Source: an uncultured Planctomycetales bacterium | Lineage (GTDB): Bacteria; Planctomycetota; PLA2; JAEUHO01 | Length of the DNA: 34,216 bases | NCBI GenBank assembly: GCA_964588235.1 | Contig: CAZPOZ010000002.1 | Span: 1-34,216 of the forward strand | Direction: 5' to 3' | Shown here: piece after piece, positions 24,786-32,944 of the stretch | How the letters are laid out: each line of letters begins with the position of its first letter | Numbering within the stretch: the first letter of the stretch is position 1 | Translations under genes and position numbers: made by a program | The notes under the pieces: generated by a model | Databases searched by the model: none | Told to the model about the DNA's origin: nothing | Seen by the model: only the letters and a program-made list of their open reading frames with translations

Positions 24786-27127
24786 CTCTCCGCGGCTTCA
24801 CGGCCGCGGCCCCATTGAAGCCAGGTCCAGGAGTAGGCCGTGCGGCGGCCGGGCTCCTCTCCGCGGCTTCACGGCCGCGGCCCCATTGAAGCTAGAGACC
24901 TCTCCTGTTGAGATTCGATGCGCGGCTGCTCTCCGCGGCTTCACGGCCGCGGCCCCATTGAAGCACGAGCGATACGCACTTACGGGCGTCACCCAGCATC
25001 CTCTCCGCGGCTTCACGGCCGCGGCCCCATTGAAGCGGCGCGAGCGGCATGGCGGTGACGAGGATGGCCACGCGCTCTCCGCGGCTTCACGGCCGCGGCC
25101 CCATTGAAGCCAGGTCGGCATCGACTGTCTCGAGCCGGGTTGTGATCTCTCCGCGGCTTCACGGCCGCGGCCCCATTGAAGCGAAGCGGATTGGGGCAGC
25201 CCGTTCGAGGCCCTGCCTCTCCGCGGCTTCACGGCCGCGGCCCCATTGAAGCACGATCAGCCGCTCGGTCGTGCCGCCGACCTCGTACTCTCCGCGGCTT
25301 CACGGCCGCGGCCCCATTGAAGCAACGGGCCTCTGCCGCCGAGCCAGGGCCAGCAGGACGCCTCTCCGCGGCTTCACGGCCGCGGCCCCATTGAAGCATC
25401 GTCATCCACGGCACGCCGGCCAGCGCCGACTTGCTCTCCGCGGCTTCACGGCCGCGGCCCCATTGAAGCGAGAACGCCTCGGACATCGCGGAGACGATCT
25501 GGCAGCTCTCCGCGGCTTCACGGCCGCGGCCCCATTGAAGCAAGTAGATGCGCCAGGAGTACCCGGCCTCTCCGCCACTCTCCGCGGCTTCACGGCCGCG
25601 GCCCCATTGAAGCTCGTTCCTGTCGGCCCACTCCAGCAGCAGCGCGGCGCTCTCCGCGGCTTCACGGCCGCGGCCCCATTGAAGCACTTGCCACCCCCAT
25701 CCCGCCGGGCCACGGCGGCGACTCTCCGCGGCTTCACGGCCGCGGCCCCATTGAAGCCGTCGGGATCGGTGCGAGGCTGCGCCCGGGCGCTGACTCTCCG
25801 CGGCTTCAAGGCCGCGGCCCCATTGAAGCGCATAGTTGCGCGGGGCGACATCCCGCACCGCCTTGCTCTCCGCGGCTTCACGGCCGCGGCCCCATTGAAG
25901 CATGGCCCTGCGCGAGGGCGAGCGCCTGAGCGGGTTCCTCTCCACGGCTTCACGGCCGCGGTCCCATTGAAGCTTCCGCTCGTCGCCGCGAGTATCCCAC
26001 CCGTGCAGCTCTCCGCGGCTTCACGGCCGCGGCCCCATTGAAGCTGGAACTTCGAGGCCTTGCCCAGGTCGCTGTCGTCCTCTCCGCGGCTTCACGGCCG
26101 CGGCCCCATTGAAGCACCACGTAGGGCTTGCCCATGAAGGTGGGCGGCGCCTCTCCGCGGCTTCACGGCCGCGGCCCCATTGAAGCGCCGGAGTCAGGGA
26201 CGCAGGAACAGCGCGCGCACGGCTCTCCGCGGCTTCACGGCCGCGGCCCCATTGAAGCGCGCAGACGTCCCAGAAGGGGCACGTGCTGTAGCGGTCTCTC
26301 TCCGCGGCTTCACGGCCGCGGCCCCATTGAAGCCCCCACACGAAGGCGTGGGGCATGCGCATGTCGGCTCTCCGCGGCTTCACGGCCGCGGCCCCATTGA
26401 AGCGCGTCGAGCCGGTCGATCTCGCCCTGGACGTCCTGCTCTCCGCGGCTTCACGGCCGCGGCCCCATTGAAGCTTCGACGCGCTGCTCAACGGAGTGTT
26501 CGGCCTGGTCACTCTCCGCGGCTTCACGGCCGCGGCCCCATTGAAGCCTGGTGCGCGCCGACGACGGGCAGGAGTGGACGCCCGCTCTCCGCGGCTTCAC
26601 GGCCGCGGCCCCATTGAAGCGCGGCCTACGGCCGTTCGCGCAGCGAGTGCTGGGCCCTCTCCGCGGCTTCACGGCCGCGGCCCCATTGAAGCATCGAGAC
26701 GGGCGTCACCAGCCGCGGCGCGATGTCTGCTCTCCGCGGCTTCACGACCGCGGCCCCATTGAAGCTCGTCGGTGCCCATCTCACGGATGGCCGCGAGCGC
26801 GACTCTCCGCGGCTTCACGGCCGCGGCCCCATTGAAGCACGTGGTCGCGGTCCACGAGACGGTCCCCGACGTGCTCTTCGCGGCTTCACGGCCGCGGCCC
26901 CATTGAAGCCTGGACGTCCGCGCCGGTGAGGGGCTGGCGTCGTGCTCTCTCCGCGGCTTCACGGCCGCGGCCCCATTGAAGCTCGCCCTTCGCGCTGTGC
27001 TTCACCAGCACCCGCACGGCTCTCCGCGGCTTCACGGCCGCGGTCCCATTGAAGCCCGCTCTGCGGCGGGCACTGGCGGCGCGTGGTGCACCTCTCCGCG
27101 GCTTCACGGCCGCGGAACCGTCGAAGC
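24786..27127 (+). CRISPR. CRISPR array: 33 repeats of 36 bp, 32 unique spacers of 34-39 bp
   Basis: Consensus repeat CTCTCCGCGGCTTCACGGCCGCGGCCCCATTGAAGC, with first copy at 24786-24821 and last (degenerate) at 27092-27127. Period 70-75 bp. Internal 7-bp stem CCGCGGC/GCCGCGG. The 3' end ATTGAAGC is typical of type I repeats and sets + as the transcribed strand. Variant repeats start at 25794, 25938, 26730, 26874, 27020 and 27092. Confidence 0.98.
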
Positions 27128-27163
27128 GGCGTCGCGCCGGCACGCACGGGTTCGCTCGCCTGC

Positions 27164-27200
27164 CTGCCTCCGGGCGTCACGGACGGTCGCCGGGAGGGGC
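27164..27200 (+). repeat. possible decayed 34th CRISPR repeat
   Basis: Lies at the expected 72-bp phase after repeat 33. About 19/36 positions match the consensus, including the core C-TCACGG-CG block (CGTCACGGACG vs CTTCACGGCCG). Confidence 0.3.
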
Positions 27201-27216
27201 GCGTGCCGGGGGCGCG

Positions 27217-27570
27217 TCACGCGTGGGCAGGATTCACGAGCTGGAACCAGTTGCCCTCGAGATCGGTGAACGTGACGCAACCGGGCCCATCGTCACCGCG
27301 CACCTCGAGGCCGCGCGCGCGCAGCGAGGCGAGCGAAGCGTCCAGGTCGTCCGTGAAGAGCACGAGGCCGGCGCGCGTGGCTTGGTAGGAGGCGCCCGGG
27401 GACGGCGGCGTGCCCGGCCTCAGGAGCAGGGCGCGGTCGCCCAGGCGCAGCCACACCACGCGCCCCCCGTGCTGCTCGGCCTCGACCTCGAACCCCAGCA
27501 CGTCCACGTAGAAGGCCTTCGCAGCCTGGGGATCGCGCACGAACAGCTCGACGTGGCCCAGGCGCAGCAT
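27217..27570 (-). CDS. VOC family protein (glyoxalase/bleomycin-resistance/dioxygenase fold), 117 aa
   Basis: ATG at 27568-27570 with GGAGG 7 nt upstream. MLRLGHVELFVRDPQAAKAFYVDVLGFEV is the canonical VOC N-terminal beta-alpha-beta motif. Convergent with the CRISPR array. Confidence 0.85.
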   Translation of the reverse strand: MLRLGHVELFVRDPQAAKAFYVDVLGFEVEAEQHGGRVVWLRLGDRALLLRPGTPPSPGASYQATRAGLVLFTDDLDASLASLRARGLEVRGDDGPGCVTFTDLEGNWFQLVNPAHA

Positions 27571-27780
27571 CCGAACCTCCACGGTCCGCCCCAGCATGCC
27601 AGGTGAGCCCGGCGTACGGCGCGGCCGGGCCGCGCCGGGCGGCGGTCGCCGCTCCCGGCCTGCGATCCGGGCGCCGCGGAGGCGCCGCCCGCGCCCCACA
27701 GGCCGCGCGCGGCGTCGGGGTGGGGGAGGCCGGTGCGCCGGTCGTGCCCTCCGGAGCCCGAGGAGGCTGTCGGTGCCGCC

Positions 27781-27806
27781 GGATAGGATACGAACTTCCT
27801 ACGAAC
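27781..27806. promoter_or_regulatory. AT-richer island with tandem short direct repeats (candidate regulator binding site)
   Basis: GGATA GGATA at 27781-27790. TACGAAC at 27789-27795 and again at 27800-27806, 11 bp start-to-start (one helical turn). This is the most AT-rich patch I saw in this part of the window, and it lies inside a 480-bp gene-free gap. Confidence 0.25.
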
Positions 27807-27824
27807 AACACGGAGCACTCGACC

Positions 27825-27968
27825 ATGCTCACCCGCCCGAACCGCCCCTCCACCCCGTCCCCGCTCCCGTCGAACCCGGCGGCAGCCCACGCCCGCACGC
27901 CTGCCGCGCCGTGGCGGGGCGCGCCGAACGTGCGGCGCACGCAGCGCTGCGCCCCCGCGCTCGCCTGA
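27825..27968 (+). CDS. possible small Pro-rich ORF, 47 aa (weak)
   Basis: ATG at 27825 with GGAG 9 nt upstream, directly after the AT-rich island. Third codon positions are almost all G/C, but second positions are also GC-rich (Pro/Ala/Ser/Thr), so coding character is ambiguous. Confidence 0.2.
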   Translation: MLTRPNRPSTPSPLPSNPAAAHARTPAAPWRGAPNVRRTQRCAPALA

Positions 27969-28051
27969 CGGGTCTGTAGGGCCCGAAAGCAGCGATTTCG
28001 TGAGGGGCCGGGGGAGCGGGCTGCCCGCGCGGCGCGAGCCCCCCGGAGAGG

Positions 28052-29578
28052 TCAGCGTGGACGATCCGCGGGGGGAGCCAGGGCGGCGGTCGAGAAGACC
28101 CAGACGTCGAACTCGCCCCCCGCGGCCACCACGCCGGCGAGCAGCAGCGGCTGCGTCGGGTGCCAGCAGAGCCCCTGGAAGGCACCCATCGCCCGGTGCT
28201 CGCCCAACTGCGCGCCGTCGCGCACCCGGTGCCGCACGACCCGCCCGCCCGTGGCCACCGCCAGCTCGAGCCCGTCGGGCGAGAACAGGAGCGCGTCCGG
28301 CGTCCGTGCCGCCGGCAGCCGCAGCAGCGTCCGGCCCTCGCGCACGTCCAGCACCAGCGCGTCGGACCCGTCGCCGGCCACCCCGACCCAGGGCTCCTGC
28401 GGATGCACCGCCAGCAGCGTGGGCCGGGCAACCGCCGGCTTCCAGCGGCGACGCTCCTTCCCGTCCACCCCCACGACCACCAGCTCGCCCTCCGCCGTGC
28501 GCGCGACGACCTCCTCGCGCGCGCCCAGCCAGGCCGCCGCGGCCACCGGCGCGGAGGCCGAGCTCCACAGGGTCTTGAGCCCCGGCGTCCACACCGTGCG
28601 CGTGAACGACACGTGCGGCGAGGCCGGGGCCACGACCAGCGCCATCAGGCCGTCGGCCGACACGCCCAGCTGCGCAGCCTCCATCTCCTGCAGGTACGAC
28701 TCCGAGCCGTCCGCCGGTCGGAACCAGGCCACGTAGTCGCTGGGCGCATCCTCGTCCTCGTCCTCCGCCGGCATGTTCTCGAAGGCGATCAGCAGGTTCC
28801 CGCGTCGCGGATCGATCGCCAGCCGCCGGACCTCCGCCGGCCCGAAGCTCCAGTGCCGCACCGGCCCCTCCCGACGGAACGGCGCCAGCCAGAGCCCGCC
28901 CGGCGCCTCGTCCGCCGTCCGCGCCACCAGCGTGGCCCCGTCGGGCAGCACGCCCTCGAGCCAGGCGGCGCCCGAGGCCAAGCGCAGCCGCTCGACCACC
29001 GCCGACGCCCGGTCGGCCGTCCCCCTCAGGTCCAGCCGCCAGCCCGCCCCCTCGCCCACGAGCAGCAGCTCGTGCGTCCCGTCCGCGCGCCGGAGCCAGG
29101 ACCCCGGCGCCGAGCGCACCATCGCCGTCAGCCGCCCGCCGTCCCGGCGGACGCCGAGCAGCTCCGTGCCCAGCGGCTCGAGCGCCCGCTCGACGGCGCC
29201 CTCCCCGGTCAGCGTGCTCGCCAGCAGGCGACCCGCCAGCTCCACCGGGGTCAGCTCGCGTGGGTCGCCCGTGAGCCCCAGCTCGCGCCGGGCACGCTCC
29301 GCCGCGTCGGGACGCTGCCGCCACTCCTCGAGCAACGCCCGCGCCGCCCCGAGCACCTCCTCGCGCAGCGAGGGCGCCAGCCGCGCCAAGTACGCCGCCC
29401 CGTCGCGGGCGCGGAGCGCGGCCCGCGCCGCGTCGAGCAGCTCGCGGGCCGCGGCCACGTCGGCCTCGGCCACGGGCGCGGGCTCCTCCGCGAAGGCCCC
29501 GCGCGCCCCCGTCCCCAAGAGCGTGGCCGCACCGACCAGGCTCAGCGCCAGCAGCAACACGTGCACGCGCAGGCTCAT
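28052..29578 (-). CDS. secreted hypothetical protein with beta-propeller-like C-terminal half, 508 aa
   Basis: ATG at 29576-29578 with GGAGAG 7 nt upstream. Signal peptide MSLRVHVLLLALSLVGAATLLGTGARGAFA. The C-terminal half has repeated strand-turn patterns (LLAVHPQEPWVGVAGDGSDALVLDVREGRTL, LLFSPDGLELAVATGGRVV) reminiscent of WD40-like propellers. It is the 3' half of artefactual ORF 28052..31162. Confidence 0.7.
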   Translation of the reverse strand: MSLRVHVLLLALSLVGAATLLGTGARGAFAEEPAPVAEADVAAARELLDAARAALRARDGAAYLARLAPSLREEVLGAARALLEEWRQRPDAAERARRELGLTGDPRELTPVELAGRLLASTLTGEGAVERALEPLGTELLGVRRDGGRLTAMVRSAPGSWLRRADGTHELLLVGEGAGWRLDLRGTADRASAVVERLRLASGAAWLEGVLPDGATLVARTADEAPGGLWLAPFRREGPVRHWSFGPAEVRRLAIDPRRGNLLIAFENMPAEDEDEDAPSDYVAWFRPADGSESYLQEMEAAQLGVSADGLMALVVAPASPHVSFTRTVWTPGLKTLWSSASAPVAAAAWLGAREEVVARTAEGELVVVGVDGKERRRWKPAVARPTLLAVHPQEPWVGVAGDGSDALVLDVREGRTLLRLPAARTPDALLFSPDGLELAVATGGRVVRHRVRDGAQLGEHRAMGAFQGLCWHPTQPLLLAGVVAAGGEFDVWVFSTAALAPPADRPR

Positions 29579-29725
29579 GGGCGCTCTCCAGGGCGAAGGC
29601 GCATGGTACGGCGGTCGCCGCACGCGTGACGCGCGCTCGAGCCGCGCGAGCCCGCCATGCATGACCCCCGGATGACGGCCCGAGGCCAAGGTGCTGCGCG
29701 CACGCCGAGTCCGGAGGCTCCCTCC

Positions 29726-30958
29726 ATGCGCAGCAGCCTCAGCCTCGCCGTCAGCGCGTTCGGAGCCTCCGCCGTCACCGCGCTGGGCTTCGTGGCCTTC
29801 GGCGCCGGCCGCGGCGCGGCCCCGCAGACCGATCCCGCCACCCGGCTCCACCTGGAGGCCCTGGAGCGCGAGATCCGCGAGCTGCGGGCCGCGCAGGCCG
29901 GCAGCGTGGGCGCGCCGCGGGAGGCGCCGGCGCTCGTCGGGCGAGGCGGCGACGCGTCGCAGCTTGGCCGCGCCGACGCCGCCGAGCAAGGGCTTGCAAC
30001 CGCTCCGGCCCCGGCGCCGGCTCCGGCAGGGGCACGGGCCCTGGCCGCCTGGAGCGAGCAGCGCCGCCTCCAGAACGAGCGGATCGAGGACTGGCGGGGA
30101 CGGATCGCGCAGGTCACCGACGCCGCGCAGCGGGACGGGGCGCTCCGAGAGGTCTCCGCCGCGCTCACCGAGCAGGATCCCGCCGTCGTCGAGGCGGCGC
30201 TCCGGGTGTTCGAGGGCACGCAGCTCGCGGGCGTCTCCTTCGACCGCGAGGCGCTGCGTACGCTCGTCCTGCCCCATCTGCAGAGCGACCGGCCCCGCAT
30301 CCCCTGGCGCGCGGCGGCGGCGCTCCGGCAGATCCGGCCTGCGCCCGACGACCCCGAGCGCATCCTGGCCCGGCTCGAGCGGGACCCCGACGTGGACCTG
30401 GTGCTCCTCGCCTACGTGTTCCCTGCCGTGGGGGACCGGCGCGCAGCGGGCCGGGTCGCCGACCTGTTCGTCCGGCTGCTCGCCACCGACGATCCGCGGC
30501 GCGCCTTCGAGGCGCTGACCCGGCTCGAGGTCGTGCACGTCCCCCTGCCGGTGTACGAAGCCGTCGTCGCCGCGACCCTGCGCCACGGCCGCCCGGAGAC
30601 GCGGGACGAATGGCTGCTGGCGCTCGCGCGCGTCCTGCCCCGGAGAGAGGCGGGGATCGAGGCCGTCTTCGAGCTGCTCTCCAAGCCCGATCCCGAGGGC
30701 CGCTGGCACGGGTACGTGCTCGAAGGGCTCGCCGTGGGCATCGCCGAGGAGTCCAGGCCCACGGCCGCGCGGCGTGCCGCCGACCTGCTGCTGCGCGCGC
30801 CGACCTCCGGCCTGCGGCAGGCCGCGCTCCGCGCACTGCAGGCCCAGGGCAGCCGCGACCAGGCCGGCGTGCTCCGCGGCTTCGTCGCCAACCCGTTGGT
30901 CCCCGAAGGCGACCGCGCCCAGGCGCGCAAGGTGCTCGAGCGCCTCGAACGCCGTTGA
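29726..30958 (+). CDS. membrane-anchored HEAT-repeat protein, 410 aa
   Basis: ATG at 29726 with GGAGG 9 nt upstream. N-terminal anchor LAVSAFGASAVTALGFVAFGAG, a short coiled coil (LHLEALEREIRELRAAQ), then repeated HEAT/PBS-lyase-like helices (DPAVVEAALRVF, PWRAAAALRQIRP, LRQAALRALQAQGSRD). Divergent from the preceding gene. Confidence 0.7.
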   Translation: MRSSLSLAVSAFGASAVTALGFVAFGAGRGAAPQTDPATRLHLEALEREIRELRAAQAGSVGAPREAPALVGRGGDASQLGRADAAEQGLATAPAPAPAPAGARALAAWSEQRRLQNERIEDWRGRIAQVTDAAQRDGALREVSAALTEQDPAVVEAALRVFEGTQLAGVSFDREALRTLVLPHLQSDRPRIPWRAAAALRQIRPAPDDPERILARLERDPDVDLVLLAYVFPAVGDRRAAGRVADLFVRLLATDDPRRAFEALTRLEVVHVPLPVYEAVVAATLRHGRPETRDEWLLALARVLPRREAGIEAVFELLSKPDPEGRWHGYVLEGLAVGIAEESRPTAARRAADLLLRAPTSGLRQAALRALQAQGSRDQAGVLRGFVANPLVPEGDRAQARKVLERLERR

Positions 30959-30986
30959 CCGGTGCGCGCCGGCTCCCCGCCCCCGC

Positions 30987-32297
30987 TCAACCGCCGGCGG
31001 GCGGCCGGGCGTCCAGGCACTCCTCCAGCGCGTCGTAGGCCCGGTCGAGGTCGCCGGGCTCGGCCGCGTAGGGCGGCAGCAGGTACAGCGCCGGTCCCAG
31101 CGGGCGCACCAGCACCCCGCGCGCGAGCAGGCCCTCGGCCACCGAGGCCGCCGCCGCCGCAAAGTAGCCCGGAGCGCCCGCCAGCTCCACCACGCCCAGC
31201 GTCCCCAGCCAGCGCGCCTCCTGCACCCCCGGCCGGCGCGCCAACGCCGGCAGCCGCCGCGCGTGCGCCTCCCCCAGCGCCGCCACGCGCGCGCGCGTGG
31301 CCGGCTCCGCCAGCAGCGCCAGGCTCTCCGCCGCCGCCGCGCAGGCGATCGGGTTGCCCGTGTAGGAGTGCCCGTGCAGGAACGCCCGCGCGAGCGAGCG
31401 GTCGAGGAACGCCGCGTAGACCTCCTCCGTGGCCAGCGTCGCCGCCAGCGGCAGGAGGCCCCCCGTCAGCCCCTTGGCCACGCACAGCAGGTCGGGCTGC
31501 ACGCCCGCGTGCTCCACCGCGAAGGTCGGCCCCGTGCGGCAGAAGCCCGTCATCACCTCGTCGGCCACGAACAGCGCCCCGTGGGCGCGCGCCAGCCGCG
31601 CCACCCCCGCCAGGAACCCGGGCGGGTGCAGCGCCATGCCGCCCGCGGCCTGCACCATCGGCTCCAGCACCACCGCCGCCACCTCGTCGGCGTGCCGCGC
31701 GAGCAGCCCTTCGAGCGCCGTCAGGCAGCCCTCCACCTCCGCGCCGCGCGGCACCGGCGCCCGCGCCACCGGGAACAGCAGGGGCCCGAACGGGCTCTCG
31801 AACAGCCCGGGATCGCCCACCGACAGGGCGCCCACCGTGTCGCCGTGGTAGGCGCGCTCGAAGGCCACGTAGCGCGTGCGCCGGGGCTGCCCGCGCTGCG
31901 CCTGCGCCTGGAGCGCCATCTTCAGCGCCACCTCCACCGCCGTGGAGCCGTCGTCGCTGAAGAACACGCGCGTGAGACCCCGTGGAGCCGCGGCCACGAG
32001 CCGCTCCGCCGCCTCGACGGCCGGCGCGTGCGTGCAGCCGGCGAAGTGCACGTGGTCGAGCAGGGCGGCCTGGCGCGTGAGGGCCGCCACGAGCCGCGGA
32101 TGCCCGTGCCCGTGCAGGTTCGTCCACCACGACGAGATCCCGTCGAGCACCCGCCGGCCGTCGGCCAGCGTCAGGTGCGCCCCCAGCGCGCCCACCACCG
32201 CCAGGGGGGGACGGGCCGCCCCGTGCTGGGTGAACGGGTGCCAGACCCGCGCGGCGTCGCGCGCCAGCAGGTCGTCCCCCGGGGACCCGGCGCTCAC
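30987..32297 (-). CDS. bioA: adenosylmethionine-8-amino-7-oxononanoate aminotransferase, about 436 aa
   Basis: Motifs VWHPFTQ, SSWWTNLHGHGHP, ADEVMTGFCRTG, CVAKGLTGG (PLP Lys). GTG at 32295-32297 overlaps the bioD TGA (GTGA). The ORF track's start at 32333 is an alternative. Confidence 0.9.
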   Translation of the reverse strand: MSAGSPGDDLLARDAARVWHPFTQHGAARPPLAVVGALGAHLTLADGRRVLDGISSWWTNLHGHGHPRLVAALTRQAALLDHVHFAGCTHAPAVEAAERLVAAAPRGLTRVFFSDDGSTAVEVALKMALQAQAQRGQPRRTRYVAFERAYHGDTVGALSVGDPGLFESPFGPLLFPVARAPVPRGAEVEGCLTALEGLLARHADEVAAVVLEPMVQAAGGMALHPPGFLAGVARLARAHGALFVADEVMTGFCRTGPTFAVEHAGVQPDLLCVAKGLTGGLLPLAATLATEEVYAAFLDRSLARAFLHGHSYTGNPIACAAAAESLALLAEPATRARVAALGEAHARRLPALARRPGVQEARWLGTLGVVELAGAPGYFAAAAASVAEGLLARGVLVRPLGPALYLLPPYAAEPGDLDRAYDALEECLDARPPAGG

Positions 32298-32944
32298 GCG
32301 AGCGCCTCCGCCAGCCCCGGCGCCGCGCGCCACGGCGCGACCGCCGCGGCCAGCGCGGCGGGCTCGAGCGGCTCGAGGCGCGGCAGGCGCACGCAGGCCA
32401 CGGCCGGCGCGAAGGCCGAGAGCGCCGAGGCGAGGGAGGGGTCGTCCCCGCCCACGAGGGCCAGCGCCGCCACCGGGAGGCGCCGCCGGTCGAGCGCCTC
32501 CAGGCTCAGCAGCGTGGCGTTGATCGCGCCCAGCTCGACCTTCACCGCCAGCACCACGGGCAACCGGAGGAGGCCGATCAGGTCGATCAGGAGCTCGCGC
32601 CGGCTCAGCGGCACGAGCAGCCCGCCGGCGCCCTCCACGACCGCGGGCGCGTCCCCCGCGGCCTCCCGGGCGGCCCGGGCGAGGTCGGCCGCGGTCAGGC
32701 TCCGTCCTTCCCGCTCGGCGGCGGCGTGGGGGGAGACCGGCGCCTCCAGGCGCACGCCCGCGCGCGGCACGCGCAGCGGCCCCGCCCCCGAGAGCGCCCG
32801 CACGCAGGCGGCGTCGTCGTCGGGCGGCGAGCCGGTCTGCACGGGCTTGAGGTACCGGGCCGCCGGGAACGCGGCCAGCAGACCGGCGCTCACGACCGTC
32901 TTGCCCACCCCCGTGCCGGTCCCGGAGACGAACACGCCCCTCAC
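32294..32944 (-). CDS. bioD: dethiobiotin synthase, 216 aa
   Basis: P-loop VFVSGTGTGVGKTVVSAGL, then YLKPVQTG. GTG at 32942-32944 overlaps the bioF TGA (GTGA). The longer track ORF (to 33382) runs out of frame through bioF and is rejected. Confidence 0.88.
   Translation of the reverse strand: MRGVFVSGTGTGVGKTVVSAGLLAAFPAARYLKPVQTGSPPDDDAACVRALSGAGPLRVPRAGVRLEAPVSPHAAAEREGRSLTAADLARAAREAAGDAPAVVEGAGGLLVPLSRRELLIDLIGLLRLPVVLAVKVELGAINATLLSLEALDRRRLPVAALALVGGDDPSLASALSAFAPAVACVRLPRLEPLEPAALAAAVAPWRAAPGLAEALA

Noticed and set aside
24707-27269. Many 60-260-aa ORFs on both strands across 24.7-27.3 kb with recurring peptides (LRGFTAAAPLK, SPRLHGRGPIEA, LQWGRGREAAES, FNGAAAVKPRR)
   Set aside because: The recurring peptides are simply the six-frame translations of the 36-bp CRISPR repeat. 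These are not genes.
28052-31162. 1036-aa version of the propeller-protein ORF
   Set aside because: The upstream 528 codons run antisense through the HEAT-repeat gene with low-complexity composition. A signal peptide with a good Shine-Dalgarno sequence starts at 29578.
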